Assembly: GCF_963921235.1 (NCBI RefSeq)
Contig: NC_086097.1
Coordinates: 15,438,001 to 15,502,000, forward strand
DNA from: Mobula hypostoma
Taxonomy: Eukaryota
Reading direction: 5' to 3'
DNA length: 64,000 nucleotides
The position numbers were made by a program, and so were the translations under genes. Shown in pieces: positions 12,201-24,699 of the stretch. The notes below the pieces were generated by a model. The model was not told the origin of the DNA. It ran no database searches and was given only the letters and a program-made list of their open reading frames with translations. How positions within the stretch are numbered: position 1 is the stretch's first letter; each line of letters starts with the position of its first letter.

Positions 12201-15200
12201 TTGATGATTGCGATGTTGTTTTGGTGTGTGTGGGGGGGTTTTGGGGTTGATGATTGCGATGTTGTTTTGGTGTGTGTGGGGGGAGGGGGTTTTTGGGGTT
12301 GATGATTGCGATGTTGTTTTGGTGTGTGTGGGGGGGTTTTGGGGTTGATGATTGCGATGTTGTTTTGGTGTGTGTGGGGGGGTTTTGGGGTTGATGATTG
12401 CGATGTTGTTTTGGTGTGTGTGGGGGGGTTTTGGGGTTGATGATTGCGATGTTGTTTTGGTGTGTGTGGGGGAGGGGATTTTTGGGGTTGATGATTGCGA
12501 TGTTGTTTTGGTGTGTGTGGGGGGGTTTTGGGGTTGATGATTGCGATGTTGTTTTTGTGTGTGTGGGGTGGTTTTGGGGTTGATGATTGCGATGTTGTTT
12601 TGGTGTGTGTGGGGGAGGGGATTTTTGGGGTTGATGATTGCGATGTTGTTTTTGTGTGTGTGGGGATTTTTGGGGTTGATGATTGCGATGTTGTTTTGGT
12701 GTGTGTGGGGGGGATTTTTGGGGTTGATGATTGCGATGTTGTTTTGGTGTGTGTGGGGGGGATTTTTGGGGTTGATGATTGCGATGTTGTTTTGGTGTGT
12801 GTGGGGGGAGGGGGTTTTTGGGGTTGATGATTGCGATGTTGTTTCTGTGTGTGTGGGGGGGGATTTTTGGGATTGATGATTGCGATGTTGTTTTGGTGTG
12901 TGTGGGGGAGGGGATTTTTGGGGTTGATGATTGCGATGTTGTTTTTGTGTGTGTGGGGATTTTTGGGGTTGATGATTGCGATGTTGTTTTGGTGTGTGTG
13001 GGGGGGATTTTTGGGGTTGATGATTGCGATGTTGTTTTGGTGTGTGTGGGGGAGGGGATTTTTGGGGTTGATGATTGCGATGTTGTTTTTGTGTGTGTGG
13101 GGATTTTTGGGGTTGATGATTGCGATGTTGTTTTGGTGTGTGTGGGGGGGATTTTTGGGGTTGATGATTGCGATGTTGTTTTGGTGTGTGTGGGGGAGGG
13201 GATTTTTGGGGTTGATGATTGCGATGTTGTTTTGGTGTGTGTGGGGGGGATTTTTGGGGTTGATGATTGCGATGTTGTTTTGGTGTGTGTGAGGGGATTT
13301 TTGGGGTTGATGATTGCGATGTTGTTTTGGTGTGTGTGTGGGGGTTTTGGGGTTGATGATTGCGATGTTGTTTTGGTGTGTGTGGGGGAGGGGATTTTTG
13401 GGGTTGATGATTGCGATGTTGTTTTTGTGTGTGTGGGGATTTTTGGGGTTGATGATTGCGATGTTGTTTTGGTGTGTGTGGGGGGGATTTTTGGGGTTGA
13501 TGATTGCGATGTTGTTTTGGTGTGTGTGGGGGGGATTTTTGGGGTTGATGATTGCGATGTTGTTTTGGTGTGTGTGGGGGGAGGGGGTTTTTGGGGTTGA
13601 TGATTGCGATGTTGTTTCTGTGTGTGTGGGGGGGGATTTTTGGGATTGATGATTGCGATGTTGTTTTGGTGTGTGTGGGGGAGGGGATTTTTGGGGTTGA
13701 CGATTGCGATGTTGTTTTTGTGTGTGTGGGGATTTTTGGGGTTGATGATTGCGATGTTGTTTTGGTGTGTGTGGGGGGGATTTTTGGGGTTGATGATTGC
13801 GATGTTGTTTTGGTGTGTGTGGGGGAGGGGATTTTTGGGGTTGATGATTGCGATGTTGTTTTTGTGTGTGTGGGGATTTTTGGGGTTGATGATTGCGATG
13901 TTGTTTTGGTGTGTGTGGGGGGGATTTTTGGGGTTGATGATTGCGATGTTGTTTTGGTGTGTGTGGGGGAGGGGATTTTTGGGGTTGATGATTGCGATGT
14001 TGTTTTGGTGTGTGTGGGGGGGATTTTTGGGGATGATGATTGCGATGTTGTTTTGGTGTGTGTGAGGGGATTTTTGGGGTTGATGATTGCGATGTTGTTT
14101 TGGTGTGTGTGGGGGGGTTTTGGGGTTGATGATTGCGATGTTGTTTTGGTGTGTCTGGGGGGAGGGGGTTTTTGGGGTTGATGATTGCGATGTTGTTTTG
14201 GTGTGTGTGGGGGGATTTTTGGGGTTGATGATTGCGATGTTGTTTTGGTGTGTGTGGGGGGAGGGGGTTTTTGGGGTTGATGATTGCGATGTTGTTTTGG
14301 TGTGTGTGGGGGGGATTTTTGGGGTTGATGATTGCGATGTTGTTTTGGTGTGTGTGGGGGGTTTTTGGGGTTGATGATTGCGATGTTGTTTTGGTGTGTG
14401 TGGGGGGAGGGGGTTTTGGGGTTGATGATTGCGATGTTGTTTTGGTGTGTGTGGGGGGAGGGGCTTTTGGGGTTGATGATTGCGATGTTGTTTTGGTGTG
14501 TGTGGGGGGTAGGGGATTTTTGGGGTTGATGATTGCGATGTTGTTTTGGTGTGTGTGGGGGGTAGGGGATTTTTGGGGTTGATGATTGCGATGTTGTTTT
14601 GGTGTGTGGGGGGGGTTTTGGGGTTGATGATTGCGATGTTGTTTTGGTGTATGTGGGGGAGGGGATTTTTGGGGTTGATGATTGCGATGTTGTTTTTGTG
14701 TGGGGGGAGGGGGTTTTTGGGGTTGATGATTGCGATGTTGTTTTGGTGTGTGTGGGGGAGGGGATTTTTGGGGTTGATGATTGCGATGTTGTTTTGGTGT
14801 GTGTGGGGGGGTTTTGGGGTTGATGATTGCGATGTTGTTTTGGTGTGTGTGGGGGGGATTTTTGGGGTTGATGATTGCGATGTTGTTTTGGTGTGTGGGG
14901 GGAGGGGATTTTTGGGGTTGATGATTGCGATGTTGTTTTTGTGTGTGGGGGGGATTTTTTGGGTTGATGATTGCGATGTTGTTTTTGTGTGTGGGGGGGG
15001 TTTTTGGGGTTGATGATTGCGATGTTGTTTTGGTGTGTGTGGGGGGTTTTTGGGGTTGAATATTGCGATGTTGTTTTGGTGTGTGTGGGGGGATTTTTGG
15101 GGTTGATGATTGCGATGTTGTTTTGGTGTGTGTGGGGGGAGGGGGTTTTTGGGGTTGATGATTGCGATGTTGTTTTGGTGTGTGTGGGAGGATTTTTGGG

Positions 15201-18200
15201 GTTGATGTTTGCGATGTTGTTTTGGTGTGTGTGTGGGGGTTTTGGGGTTGATGATTGCGATGTTGTTTTGGTGTGTGTGGGGGGGATTTTTGGGGTTGAT
15301 GATTGCGATGTTGTTTTGGTGTGTGTGGGGGAGGGGATTTTTGGGGTTGATGACTGCGATGTTGTTTTGGTGTGTGTGGGGGGGTTTTGGGGTTGATGAT
15401 TGCGATGTTGTTTTGGTGTGTGTGGGGGGGTTTTGGGGTTGATGATTGCGATGTTGTTTTGGTGTGTGTGGGGGGGTTTTGGGGTTGATGATTGCGATGT
15501 TGTTTTGGTGTGTGTGGGGGAGGGGATTTTTGGGGTTGATGATTGCGATGTTGTTTTTGTGTGTGGGGGGATTTTTGGGGTTGATGATTGCGATGTTGTT
15601 TTGGTGTGTGTGGGGGGGATTTTTGGGGTTGATGATTGCGATGTTGTTTTGGTGTGTGTGGGGGAGGGGATTTTTGGGGTTGATGATTGCGATGTTGTTT
15701 TGGTGTGTGTGGGGGGGTTTTGGGGTTGATGATTGCGATGTTGTGTTTGTGTGTGTGGGGGGGTTTTGGGGTTGATGATTGCGATTTTGTTTTGGTGTGT
15801 GTGGGGGAGGGGATTTTTGGGGTTGATGATTGCGATGTTGTTTTTGTGTGTGTGGGGATTTTTGGGGTTGATGATTGCGATGTTGTTTTGGTGTGTGTGG
15901 GGGGGATTTTTGGGGTTGATGATTGCGATGTTGTTTTGGTGTGTGTGGGGGGGATTTTTGGGGTTGATGATTGCGATGTTGTTTTGGTGTGTGTGAGGGG
16001 ATTTTTGGGGTTGATGATTGCGATGTTGTTTTGGTGTGTGTGGGGGGGTTTTGGGGTTGATGATTGCGATGTTGTTTTGGTGTGTGTGGGGGGAGGGGGT
16101 TTTTGGGGTTGATGATTGCGATGTTGTTTTGGTGTGTGTGGGGGGATTTTTGGGGTTGATGATTGCGATGTTGTTTTGGTGTGTGTGGGGGTGGGGGTTT
16201 TTGGGGTTGATGATTGCGATGTTGTTTTGGTGTGTGTGGGGGGGATTTTTGGGGTTGATGATTGCGATGTTGTTTTGGTGTGTGTGGGGGGTTTTTGGGG
16301 TTGATGATTGCGATGTTGTTTTGGTGTGTGTGGGGGGAGGGGGTTTTTGGGGTTGATGATTGCGATGTTGTTTTGGTGTGTGTGGGGGGAGGGGCTTTTG
16401 GGGTTGATGATTGCGATGTTGTTTTGGTGTGTGTGGGGGGTAGGGGATTTTTGGGGTTGATGATTGCGATGTTGTTTTGGTGTGTGTGGGGGGATTTTTG
16501 GGGTTGATGATTGCGATGTTGTTTTGGTGTGTGTGGGGGGAGGGGGTTTTTGGGGTTGATGATTGCGATGTTGTTTTGGTGTGTGTGGGGGGGTTTTGGG
16601 GTTGATGATTGCGATGTTGTTTTGGTGTGTGTGGGGGAGGGGATGTTTGGGGTTGANNNNNNNNNNNNNNNNNNNNNNNNNNNNNNNNNNNNNNNNNNNN
16701 NNNNNNNNNNNNNNNNNNNNNNNNNNNNNNNNNNNNNNNNNNNNNNNNNNNNNNNNNNNNNNNNNNNNNNNNNNNNNNNNNNNNNNNNNNNNNNNNNNNN
16801 NNNNNNNNNNNNNNNNNNNNNNNNNNNNNNNNNNNNNNNNNNNNNNNNNNNNNNNNGGGTTGATGTGCCTGTTGTGTTTTTGTTTGTTTTTTGTGTGGGG
16901 AGGGGGATTTGGGGTTGATGTGCCTGTTGTGTTTTTGTTTGTTTTTTGTGTGGGGAGGGGGGATTTGGGGTTGATGTGCCTGTTGTGTTTTTGTTTGTTT
17001 TTTGTGTGGGGAGGGGGATTTGGGGGTTGATGTGCCTGTTGTGTTTTTGTTTGTTTTTTGTGTGGGGAGGGGGATTTGGGGTTGATGTGCCTGTTGTGTT
17101 TTTGTTTGTTTTTTGTGTGGGGAGGGGGATTTGGGGTTGATGTGCCTGTTGTGTTTTTGTTTGTTTTTTGTGTGGGGAGGGGGATTTGGGGTTGATGTGC
17201 CTGTTGTGTTTTTGTTTGTTTTTTGTGTGGGGAGGGGGATTTGGGGTTGATGTGCCTGTTGTGTTTTTGTTTGTTTTTTGTGTGGGGAGGGGGATTTGGG
17301 GTTGATGTGCCTGTTGTGTTTTTGTTTGTTTTTTGTGTGGGGAGGGGGATTTGGGGTTGATGTGCCTGTTGTGTTTTTGTTTGTTTTTTGTGTGGGGAGG
17401 GGGATTTGGGGTTGATGTGCCTGTTGTGTTTTTGTTTGTTTTTTTGTGTGGGGAGGGGGGATTTGGGGGTTGATGTGCCTGTTGTGTTTTTGTTTGTTTT
17501 TTGTGTGGGGAGGGGGATTTGGGGTTGATGATTGCGATGTTGTTTTGTTTGTGTGTGGGGAGGGGGATTTTTGGGGTTGATGATTGCGTTGTGTTGTTTT
17601 GTTTTTTGTGTGGGGAGGGGGTTTTTGGGGTTGATGATTGCGATGTGTTTTTGTTTGTTTTTTGTGTGGGGAGGGGGATTTTGGGGTTGATGATTGCCTG
17701 TTGTGTTTTTGTTTGTTTTTTGTGTGGGGAGGGGGGTTTTGGGGTTGATGATTGCGATGTTGTTTTGGTGTGTGGGGGGGGATTTGGGGTTGATGATTGC
17801 GATGTTGTGTTTTTGTTTGTTTTTTGTGTGGGGAGGGGGTTTTGGGGTTGATGATTGCGATGTTGTTTTTGTTTTTGTGTGGGGAGGGGGATTTGGGGTT
17901 GATGTTGCCTGATGTTTTTTGTTTGTTTTTTGTGTGGGGGGGGATTTTTGGGGTTGATGATTGCGATGTTGTTTTGGTGTGTGTGGGGGGTTTTTGGGGT
18001 TGATGATTGCGATGTTGTTTTTGTGTGTGGGGGGGGTTTTTGGGGTTGATGATTGCGATGTTGTTTTGGTGTGTGTGGGGGGGTTTTGGGGTTGATGATT
18101 GCGATGTTGTTTTGGTGTGTGTGGGGGGGTTTTGGGGTTGATGATTGCGATGTTGTTTTGGTGTGTGTGGGGGGGTTTTGGGGTTGATGATTGCTTGATG

Positions 18201-21200
18201 TTGTTTTGGTTTGTTTTTTTGTGTGGGGGGGGGATTTTTGGGGTTGATGATTGCGATGTTGTTTTGGTGTGTGTGGGGGGGTTTTTGGGGTTGGGGGTTG
18301 TTTTGGTGTGTGTTTGGGGGTTTGGGGTTGATGATTGCGATGTTGTTTTGGTGTGTGTGGGGGGGTTTTTGGGGTTGATGATTGCGATGTTGTTTTTGGT
18401 GTGTGTGGGGGGTTTTGGGGTTGATGATTGCGATGTTGTTTTGTGTGTGTGATGGGATGTTGTTTTGGTGTGTGGGGGGGTTTTGGGGTTGATGATTGCG
18501 TTTTTGTTGTTTTTGTGTGTGTGGGGGGGTTTTGGGGTTGATGATTGCGATGTTGTTTTTGTGTGTGTGTGGGGAGGGGGATTTTTGGGGTTGATGATTG
18601 CGATGTTGTTTTGGTGTGTGTGTGGGGGGATTTTTGGGGTTGATGATTGCGATGTTGTTTTTGTGTGTGGGGAGGGGGTTTTTGGGGTTGATGATTGCGA
18701 TGTTGTTTTGGTGTGTGTGGGGGGTTTTTGGGGTTGATGATTGCGATGTTGTTTTGGTGTGTGTGGGGGGGGTTTTGGGGTTGATGATTGCGATGTTGTT
18801 TTGGTGTGTGTGGGGGGAGGGGGTTTTTGGGGTTGATGATGTTGCGATGTTGTTTTGGTGTGTGTGGGGGATTTTTGGGGTTGATGATTGCGATGTTGTT
18901 TTGGTGTGTGTGGGGGGGGATTTTGGGGTTGATGATTGCGATGTTGTTTTTGTGTGTGGGGGGTTTTTGGGATTGATGATTGCGATGTTGTTTTGGTGTG
19001 TGTGGGGGGATTTTTGGGATTGATGATTGCGATGTTGTTTTGGTGTGTGTGGGGGGGTTTGGGATTGATGATTGCGATGTTGTTTTTGTGTGTGGGGGGG
19101 ATTTTGGGGTTGATGATTGCGATGTTGTTTTTGTGTGTGTGGGGGGAGGGGGTTTTTGGGGTTGATGATTGCGATGTTGTTTTGGTGTGTGTGGGGGAGG
19201 GGATTTTTGGGGTTGATGATTGCGATGTTGTTTTTGTGTGTGGGGGGGGTTTTTGGGGTTGATGATTGCGATGTTGTTTTGGTGTGTGTGGGGGGTTTTT
19301 GGGGTTGATGATTGCGATGTTGTTTTTGTGTGTGGGGGGGATTTTTGGGGTTGATGATTGCGATGTTGTTTTGTGTGTGGGGGGGGTTTTTGGGGTTGAT
19401 GATTGCGATGTTGTTTTGGTGTGTGTGGGGGGTTTTTGGGGTTGATGATTGCGATGTTGTTTTGGTGTGTGTGGGGGGAGGGGGTTTTTGGGGTTGATGA
19501 TTGCGATGTTGTTTTGGTGTGTGGGGGGGTTTTTTGGGTTGATGATTGCGATGTTGTTTTTGTGTGGGGGGAGGGGTTTTTTGGGGTTGATGATTGCGAT
19601 GTTGTTTTGGTGTGTGTGGGGGAGGGGATTTTTGGGGTTGATTATTGCGATGTTGTTTTTGTGTGTGGGGGGATTTTTGGGGTTGATGATTGCGATGTTG
19701 TTTTGGTGTGTGTGGGGGGGATTTTTGGGGTTGATGATTGCGATGTTGTTTTTTGTGGGGGGAGGGGGTTTTTGGGGTTGATGATTGCGATGTTGGTTTG
19801 GTGTGTGTGGGGGGAGGGGATTTTTGGGGTTGATGATTGCGATGTTGTTTTGGTGTGTGTGTGGGGAGGGGGGATTTGGGGTTGATGTGCGTGGGTTGTG
19901 TTGTGATGTTGTTTTGGTGTGTGTGGGGGGGGGGGTTGATGATTGCGATGTTGTTTTTGTGTGGGGGGAGGGGGTTTTTGGGGTTGATGATTGCGATGTT
20001 GTTTTGGTGTGTGTGGGGGAGGGGATTTTTGGGGTTGATGATTGCGATGTTGTTTTGGTGTGTGTGGGGGGAGGGGGTTTTTGGGGTTGATGATTGCGAT
20101 GTTGTTTTTGTGTGTGGGGGGGTTTTTGGGGTTGATGATTGCGATGTTGTTTTGGTGTGTGTGAGGGGATTTTTGGGGTTGATGATTGCGATGTTGTTTT
20201 GGTGTGTGTGGGGGGTTTTTGGGGTTGATGATTGCGATGTTGTTTTGGTGTGTGTGGGGGTGATTTTTGGGGTTGATGATTGCGATGTTGTTTTTGTGTG
20301 GGGGAGGGGGATTTTTGGGGTTGATGATTGCGATGTTGTTTTGGTGTGTGTGGGGGGAGGGGGTTTTTGGGGTTGATGATTGCGATGTTGTTTTGGTGTG
20401 TGTGGGGGGTTTTTGGGGTTGATGAGGATTTTGTTTTGGTGTGTGTGGGGGGTTTTTGGGGTTGATGATTGCGATGTTGTTTTGGTGTGTGTGGGGGAGG
20501 GGATTTTTGGGGTTGATGATTGCGATGTTGTTTTGGTGTGTGGGGGGGGGATTTTTGGGGTTGATGATTGCGATGTTGTTTTGGTGTGTGTGGGGGGATT
20601 TTTGGGGTTGATGATTGCGATGTTGTTTTGTGTGTGTGGGGGGGGTTTTTGGGGTTGATGATTGCGATGTTGTTTTGGTGTGTGTGGGGGAGGGGGTTTT
20701 TGGGGTTGATGATTGCGATGTTGTTTTGGTGTGTGTGGGGGGAGGGGGTTTTTGGGGTTGATGATTGCGATGTTGTTTTTGTGTGGGGGGGAGGGGATTT
20801 TTGGGGTTGATGATTGCGATGTTGTTTTGGTGTGTGTGGGGGGGTTTTTGGGGTTGATGATTGCGATGTTGTTTTGGTGTGTGTGGGGGGAGGGGGTTTT
20901 TGGGGTTGATGATTGCGATGTTGTTTTGGTGTGTGTGGGGGGTTTTTGGGGTTGATGATTGCGATGTTGTTTTTGTGTGTGGGGGGGATTTTTGGGGTTG
21001 ATGATTGCGATGTTGTTTTGGTGTGTGTGAGGGGATTTTTGGGGTTGATGATTGCGATGTTGTTTTGGTGTGTGTGGGGGGTTTTTGGGGTTGATGATTG
21101 CGATGTTGTTTTGGTGTGTGTGGGGGGTTTTTGGGGTTGATGATTGCGATGTTGTTTTGGTGTGTGTGGGGGGGTTTTTGGGGTTGATGATTGCGATGTT

Positions 21201-24200
21201 GTTTTGGTGTGTGTGGGGGGTTTTTGGGGTTGATGATTGCGATGTTGTTTTGGTGTGTGTGGGGAGGGGTTTTTGGGGTTGATGATTGCGATGTTGTTTT
21301 GGTGTGTGTGGGGGGGGGGTTTTTGGGGTTGATGATTGCGATGTTGTTTTGGTGTGGGGGGGGGGTTTTTGGGGTTGATGATTGCGATGTTGTTTTGGTG
21401 TGTGTGGGGGGATTTTTGGGGTTGATGATTGCGATGTTGTTTTTGTGTGGGGGGGATTTTTGGGGTTGATGATTGCGATGTTGTTTTGTGTGGTTTTGGG
21501 TGTTTGGGGGGTTTTTGGGGTTGATGATTGCGATGTTGTTTTGGTGTGTGTGGGGGGGGGTTTTTGGGGTTGATGATTGCGATGTTGTTTTGGTGTGTGT
21601 GGGGAGGGGTTTTTGGGGTTGATGATTGCGATGTTGTTTTGGTGTGTGTGGGGGGTTTTGGGGTTGATGATTGCGATGTTGTTTTGGTGTGTGGGGGGGG
21701 ATTTTTGGGGTTGATGATTGCGATGTTGTTTTGGTGTGTGTGGGGGTTTTTTGGGGTTGATGATTGCGATGTTGTTTTGGTGTGTGTGGGGGGTTTTTGG
21801 GGTTGATGATTGCGATGTTGTTTTGGTGTGTGTGGGGGGTTTTTGGGGTTGATGATTGCGATGTTGTTTTGGTGTGTGTGGGGGGGGGGTTTTTGGGGTT
21901 GATGATTGCGATGTTGTTTTGGTGTGTGTGGGGTTTTTTTGGGGTTGATGATTGCGATGTTGTTTTGGTGTGTGTGGGGGGTTTTTGGGGTTGATGATTG
22001 CGATGTTGTTTTGGTGTGTGTGGGGGGATTTTTGGGGTTGATGATTGCGATGTTGTGTTGGTGTGTGTGGGGGGTTTTTGGGGTTGATGATTGCGATGTT
22101 GTTTTGGTGTGTGGGGGAGGGGGGTTTTGGGGTTGATGATTGCGATGTTGTGTTTTTGTTTGTTTTTTGTGTGGGGGAAGGGGGTTTTTGGGGTTGATGA
22201 TTGCGATGTTGTTTTTGTGTGTGGGGGTTTTTTGGGGTTGATGATTGCGATGTTGTTTTGGTGTGTGTGGGGGGGGGTTTTTGGGGTTGATGATTGCGAT
22301 GTTGTTTTGGTGTGTGTGGGGGGAGGGGGTTTTTGGGGTTGATGATTGCGATGTTGTTTTGGTGTGTGTGGGGGGGTTTGGGGTTGATGATTGCGATGTT
22401 GTTTTTGTGTGTGGGGGGTTTTTGGGGTTGATGATTGCGATGTTGTTTTTGTGTGTGGGGGGTTTTTGGGGTTGATGATTGCGATGTTGTTTTGGTGTGT
22501 GTGGGGGGATTTTTGGGGTTGATGATTGCGATGTTGTTTTTGTGTGTGGGGGGATTTTTGGGGTTGATGATTGCGATGTTGTTTTGGTGTGTGTGAGGGG
22601 ATTTTTGGGGTTGATGATTGCGATGTTGTTTTGGTGTGTGTGGGGGGTTTTTGGGGTTGATGATTGCGATGTTGTTTTGGTGTGTGTGGGGGGTTTTTGG
22701 GGTTGATGATTGCGATGTTGTTTTGGTGTGTGTGGGGGGGTTTTTGGGGTTGATGATTGCGATGTTGTTTTGGTGTGTGTGGGGGAGGGGGTTTTTGGGG
22801 TTGATGATTGCGATGTTGTTTTTTGTGGGGGGAGGGGATTTTTGGGGTTGATGATTTTGGTGTGTGTTTTGTGGGGGTGGGGTTTGGTGGTTTTTGGGGT
22901 TGATGATTGCGATGTTGTTTTGGTGTGTGTGGGGGGGTTTTTGGGGTTGATGATTGCGATGTTGTTTTGGTGTGTGTGGGGGGATTTTTGGGGTTGATGA
23001 TTGCGATGTTGTTTTGGTGTGTGTGGGGGGGTTTTGGGGTTGATGATTGCGATGTTGTTTTGGTGTGTGGGGGGGGATTTTTGGGGTTGATGATTGCGAT
23101 GTTGTTTTGGTGTGTGTGGGGGTTTTTTGGGGTTGATGATTGCGATGTTGTTTTGGTGTGTGTGGGGGGTTTTTGGGGTTGATGATTGCGATGTTGTTTT
23201 GGTGTGTGTGGGGGGTTTTTGGGGTTGATGATTGCGATGTTGTTTTGGTGTGTGTGGGGGGAGAGTGTTTTTGGGGTTGATGATTGCGATGTTGTTTTGG
23301 TGTGTGTGGGGTTTTTTTGGGGTTGATGATTGCGATGTTGTTTTGGTGTGTGTGGGGGGTTTTTGGGGTTGATGATTGCGATGTTGTTTTGGTGTGTGTG
23401 GGGGGATTTTTGGGGTTGATGATTGCGATGTTGTTTTGGTGTGTGTGGGGGGTTTTTGGGGTTGAAGATTGCGATGTTGTTTTGGTGTGTGTGGGGGGAG
23501 GGGGTTTTTGGGGTTGATGATTGCGATGTTGTTTTGGTGTGTGTGGGGGGAGGGGATTTTTGGGGTTAATGATTGCGATGTTGTTTTGGTGTGTGGGGGG
23601 GGATTTTTGGGGTTGATGATTGCGATGTTGTTTTGGTGTGTGTGGGGGAGGGGGTTTTTGGGGTTGATGATTGCGATGTTGTTTTGGTGTGTGTGGGGGG
23701 GATTTTTGGGGTTGATGATTGCGATGTTGTTTTGGTGTGTGTGGGGGGGTTTTGGGGTTGATGATTGCGATGTTGTTTTGGTGTGTGTGGGGGGGTTTTG
23801 GGGTTGATGATTGCGATGTTGTTTTGGTGTGTGTGGGGGGGATTTTTGGGGTTGATGATTGCGATGTTGTTTTGGTGTGTGTGGTGGGAGGGGATTTTTG
23901 GGGTTGATGATTGCGATGTTGTTTTGGTGTGTGTGGGGGGGTTTTGGGGTTGATGATTGCGTTGTTGTTTTGGTGTGTGTGGGGGGGGATTTTTGGGGTT
24001 GATGATTGCGATGTTGTTTTTGTGTGTGGGGGGATTTTTGGGGTTGATGATTGCGATGTTGTTTTGGTGTGTGGGGGGGGATTTTTGGGGTTGATGATTG
24101 CGATGTTGTTTTGGTGTGTGTGGGGGGGAGGGGGTTTTTGGGGTTGATGATTGCGATGTTGTTTTTGTGTGGGGGGGAGGGGATTTTTGGGGTTGATGAT

Positions 24201-24699
24201 TGCGATGTTGTTTTGGTGTGTGTGGGGGGAGGGGGTTTTTGGGGTTGATGATTGCGATGTTGTTTTTGTGTGTGGAGGGGGTTTTTGGGGTTGATGATTG
24301 CGATGTTGTTTTGGTGTGTGTGGGGGGAGGGGGTTTTTGGGGTTGATGATTGCGATGTTGTTTTTGTGTGTGGGGGGTTTTTGGGGTTGATGATTGCGAT
24401 GTTGTTTTGGTGTGTGTGGGGGAGGGGATTTTTGGGGTTGATGATTGCGATGTTGTTTTGGTGTGTGTGGGGGGATTTTTGGGGTTGATGATTGCGATGT
24501 TGTTTTTGTGTGGGGGGAGGGGTTTTTTGGGGTTGATGATTGCGATGTTGTTTTTGTGTGTTGGGGGGGAGGGGTTTTTTAGGGTTGATGATTGCGATGT
24601 TCTTTTGGTGCCGGGGGATGGGGTTGACGTCTCTCTCTGAATGACTTTCATGTCCTTTCTTTGTTTCATAGCTATCTGGAGAAGACAAGTTTCAGAGTT
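6202..24699 (-). CDS. Putative internal exon of an unidentified gene, expanded by the tandem array
   Basis: Minus-strand acceptors TTTCCCTATAG|AAC (exon start 24699) or CTTGTCTTCTCCAG|ATA (24675) share one frame. Unique entry (NSETCLLQ)IAMKQRKDMKVIQRETSTPSPGTKR, unique exit TSQSSTPKTPSPPHSKMEKELAINLEISSPNMLTRLLLAS, and donor TG|GTAAGT (GT at 6201-6200). No partner exons or homolog recognised. Confidence 0.45.
6281..24615. repeat. Giant G/T-rich minisatellite/satellite array, unit ~44-56 bp, roughly 370-380 units visible (estimate)
   Basis: Constant core TTTTGGGGTTGATGATTGCGATGTTGTTTTGGTGTGTGT followed by a variable G-run (GGGGGG(A)GGGG(A)), repeated continuously. Typically one CpG per unit. 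Interrupted by an N gap. Confidence 0.99.
16657..16856. other. Assembly gap (200 N)
   Basis: Run of exactly 200 N inside the array, so the true array length is unknown. Confidence 0.99.

Noticed and set aside
6281..24615. CRISPR-like array (constant ~30-bp core alternating with variable segments)
   Set aside because: The variable parts are only GT/G-run length variants, not unique spacers. There are no cas genes and the context is eukaryotic.
6281..24615. Telomeric or interstitial telomeric repeat
   Set aside because: G/T-rich but not TTAGGG-based; the unit is ~48 bp.
6236..24640. Many plus-strand ORFs (MRCCFGVCGG..., GVDDCDVVLVCV)
   Set aside because: Translations of the tandem repeat, mostly from TTG/GTG starts, with no coding signal.
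6254..24688. The 6144-aa ORF taken literally as one protein
   Set aside because: It crosses a 200-N gap, begins at a non-ATG codon, and drifts between repeat frames. Only the splice-flanked exon hypothesis is retained.
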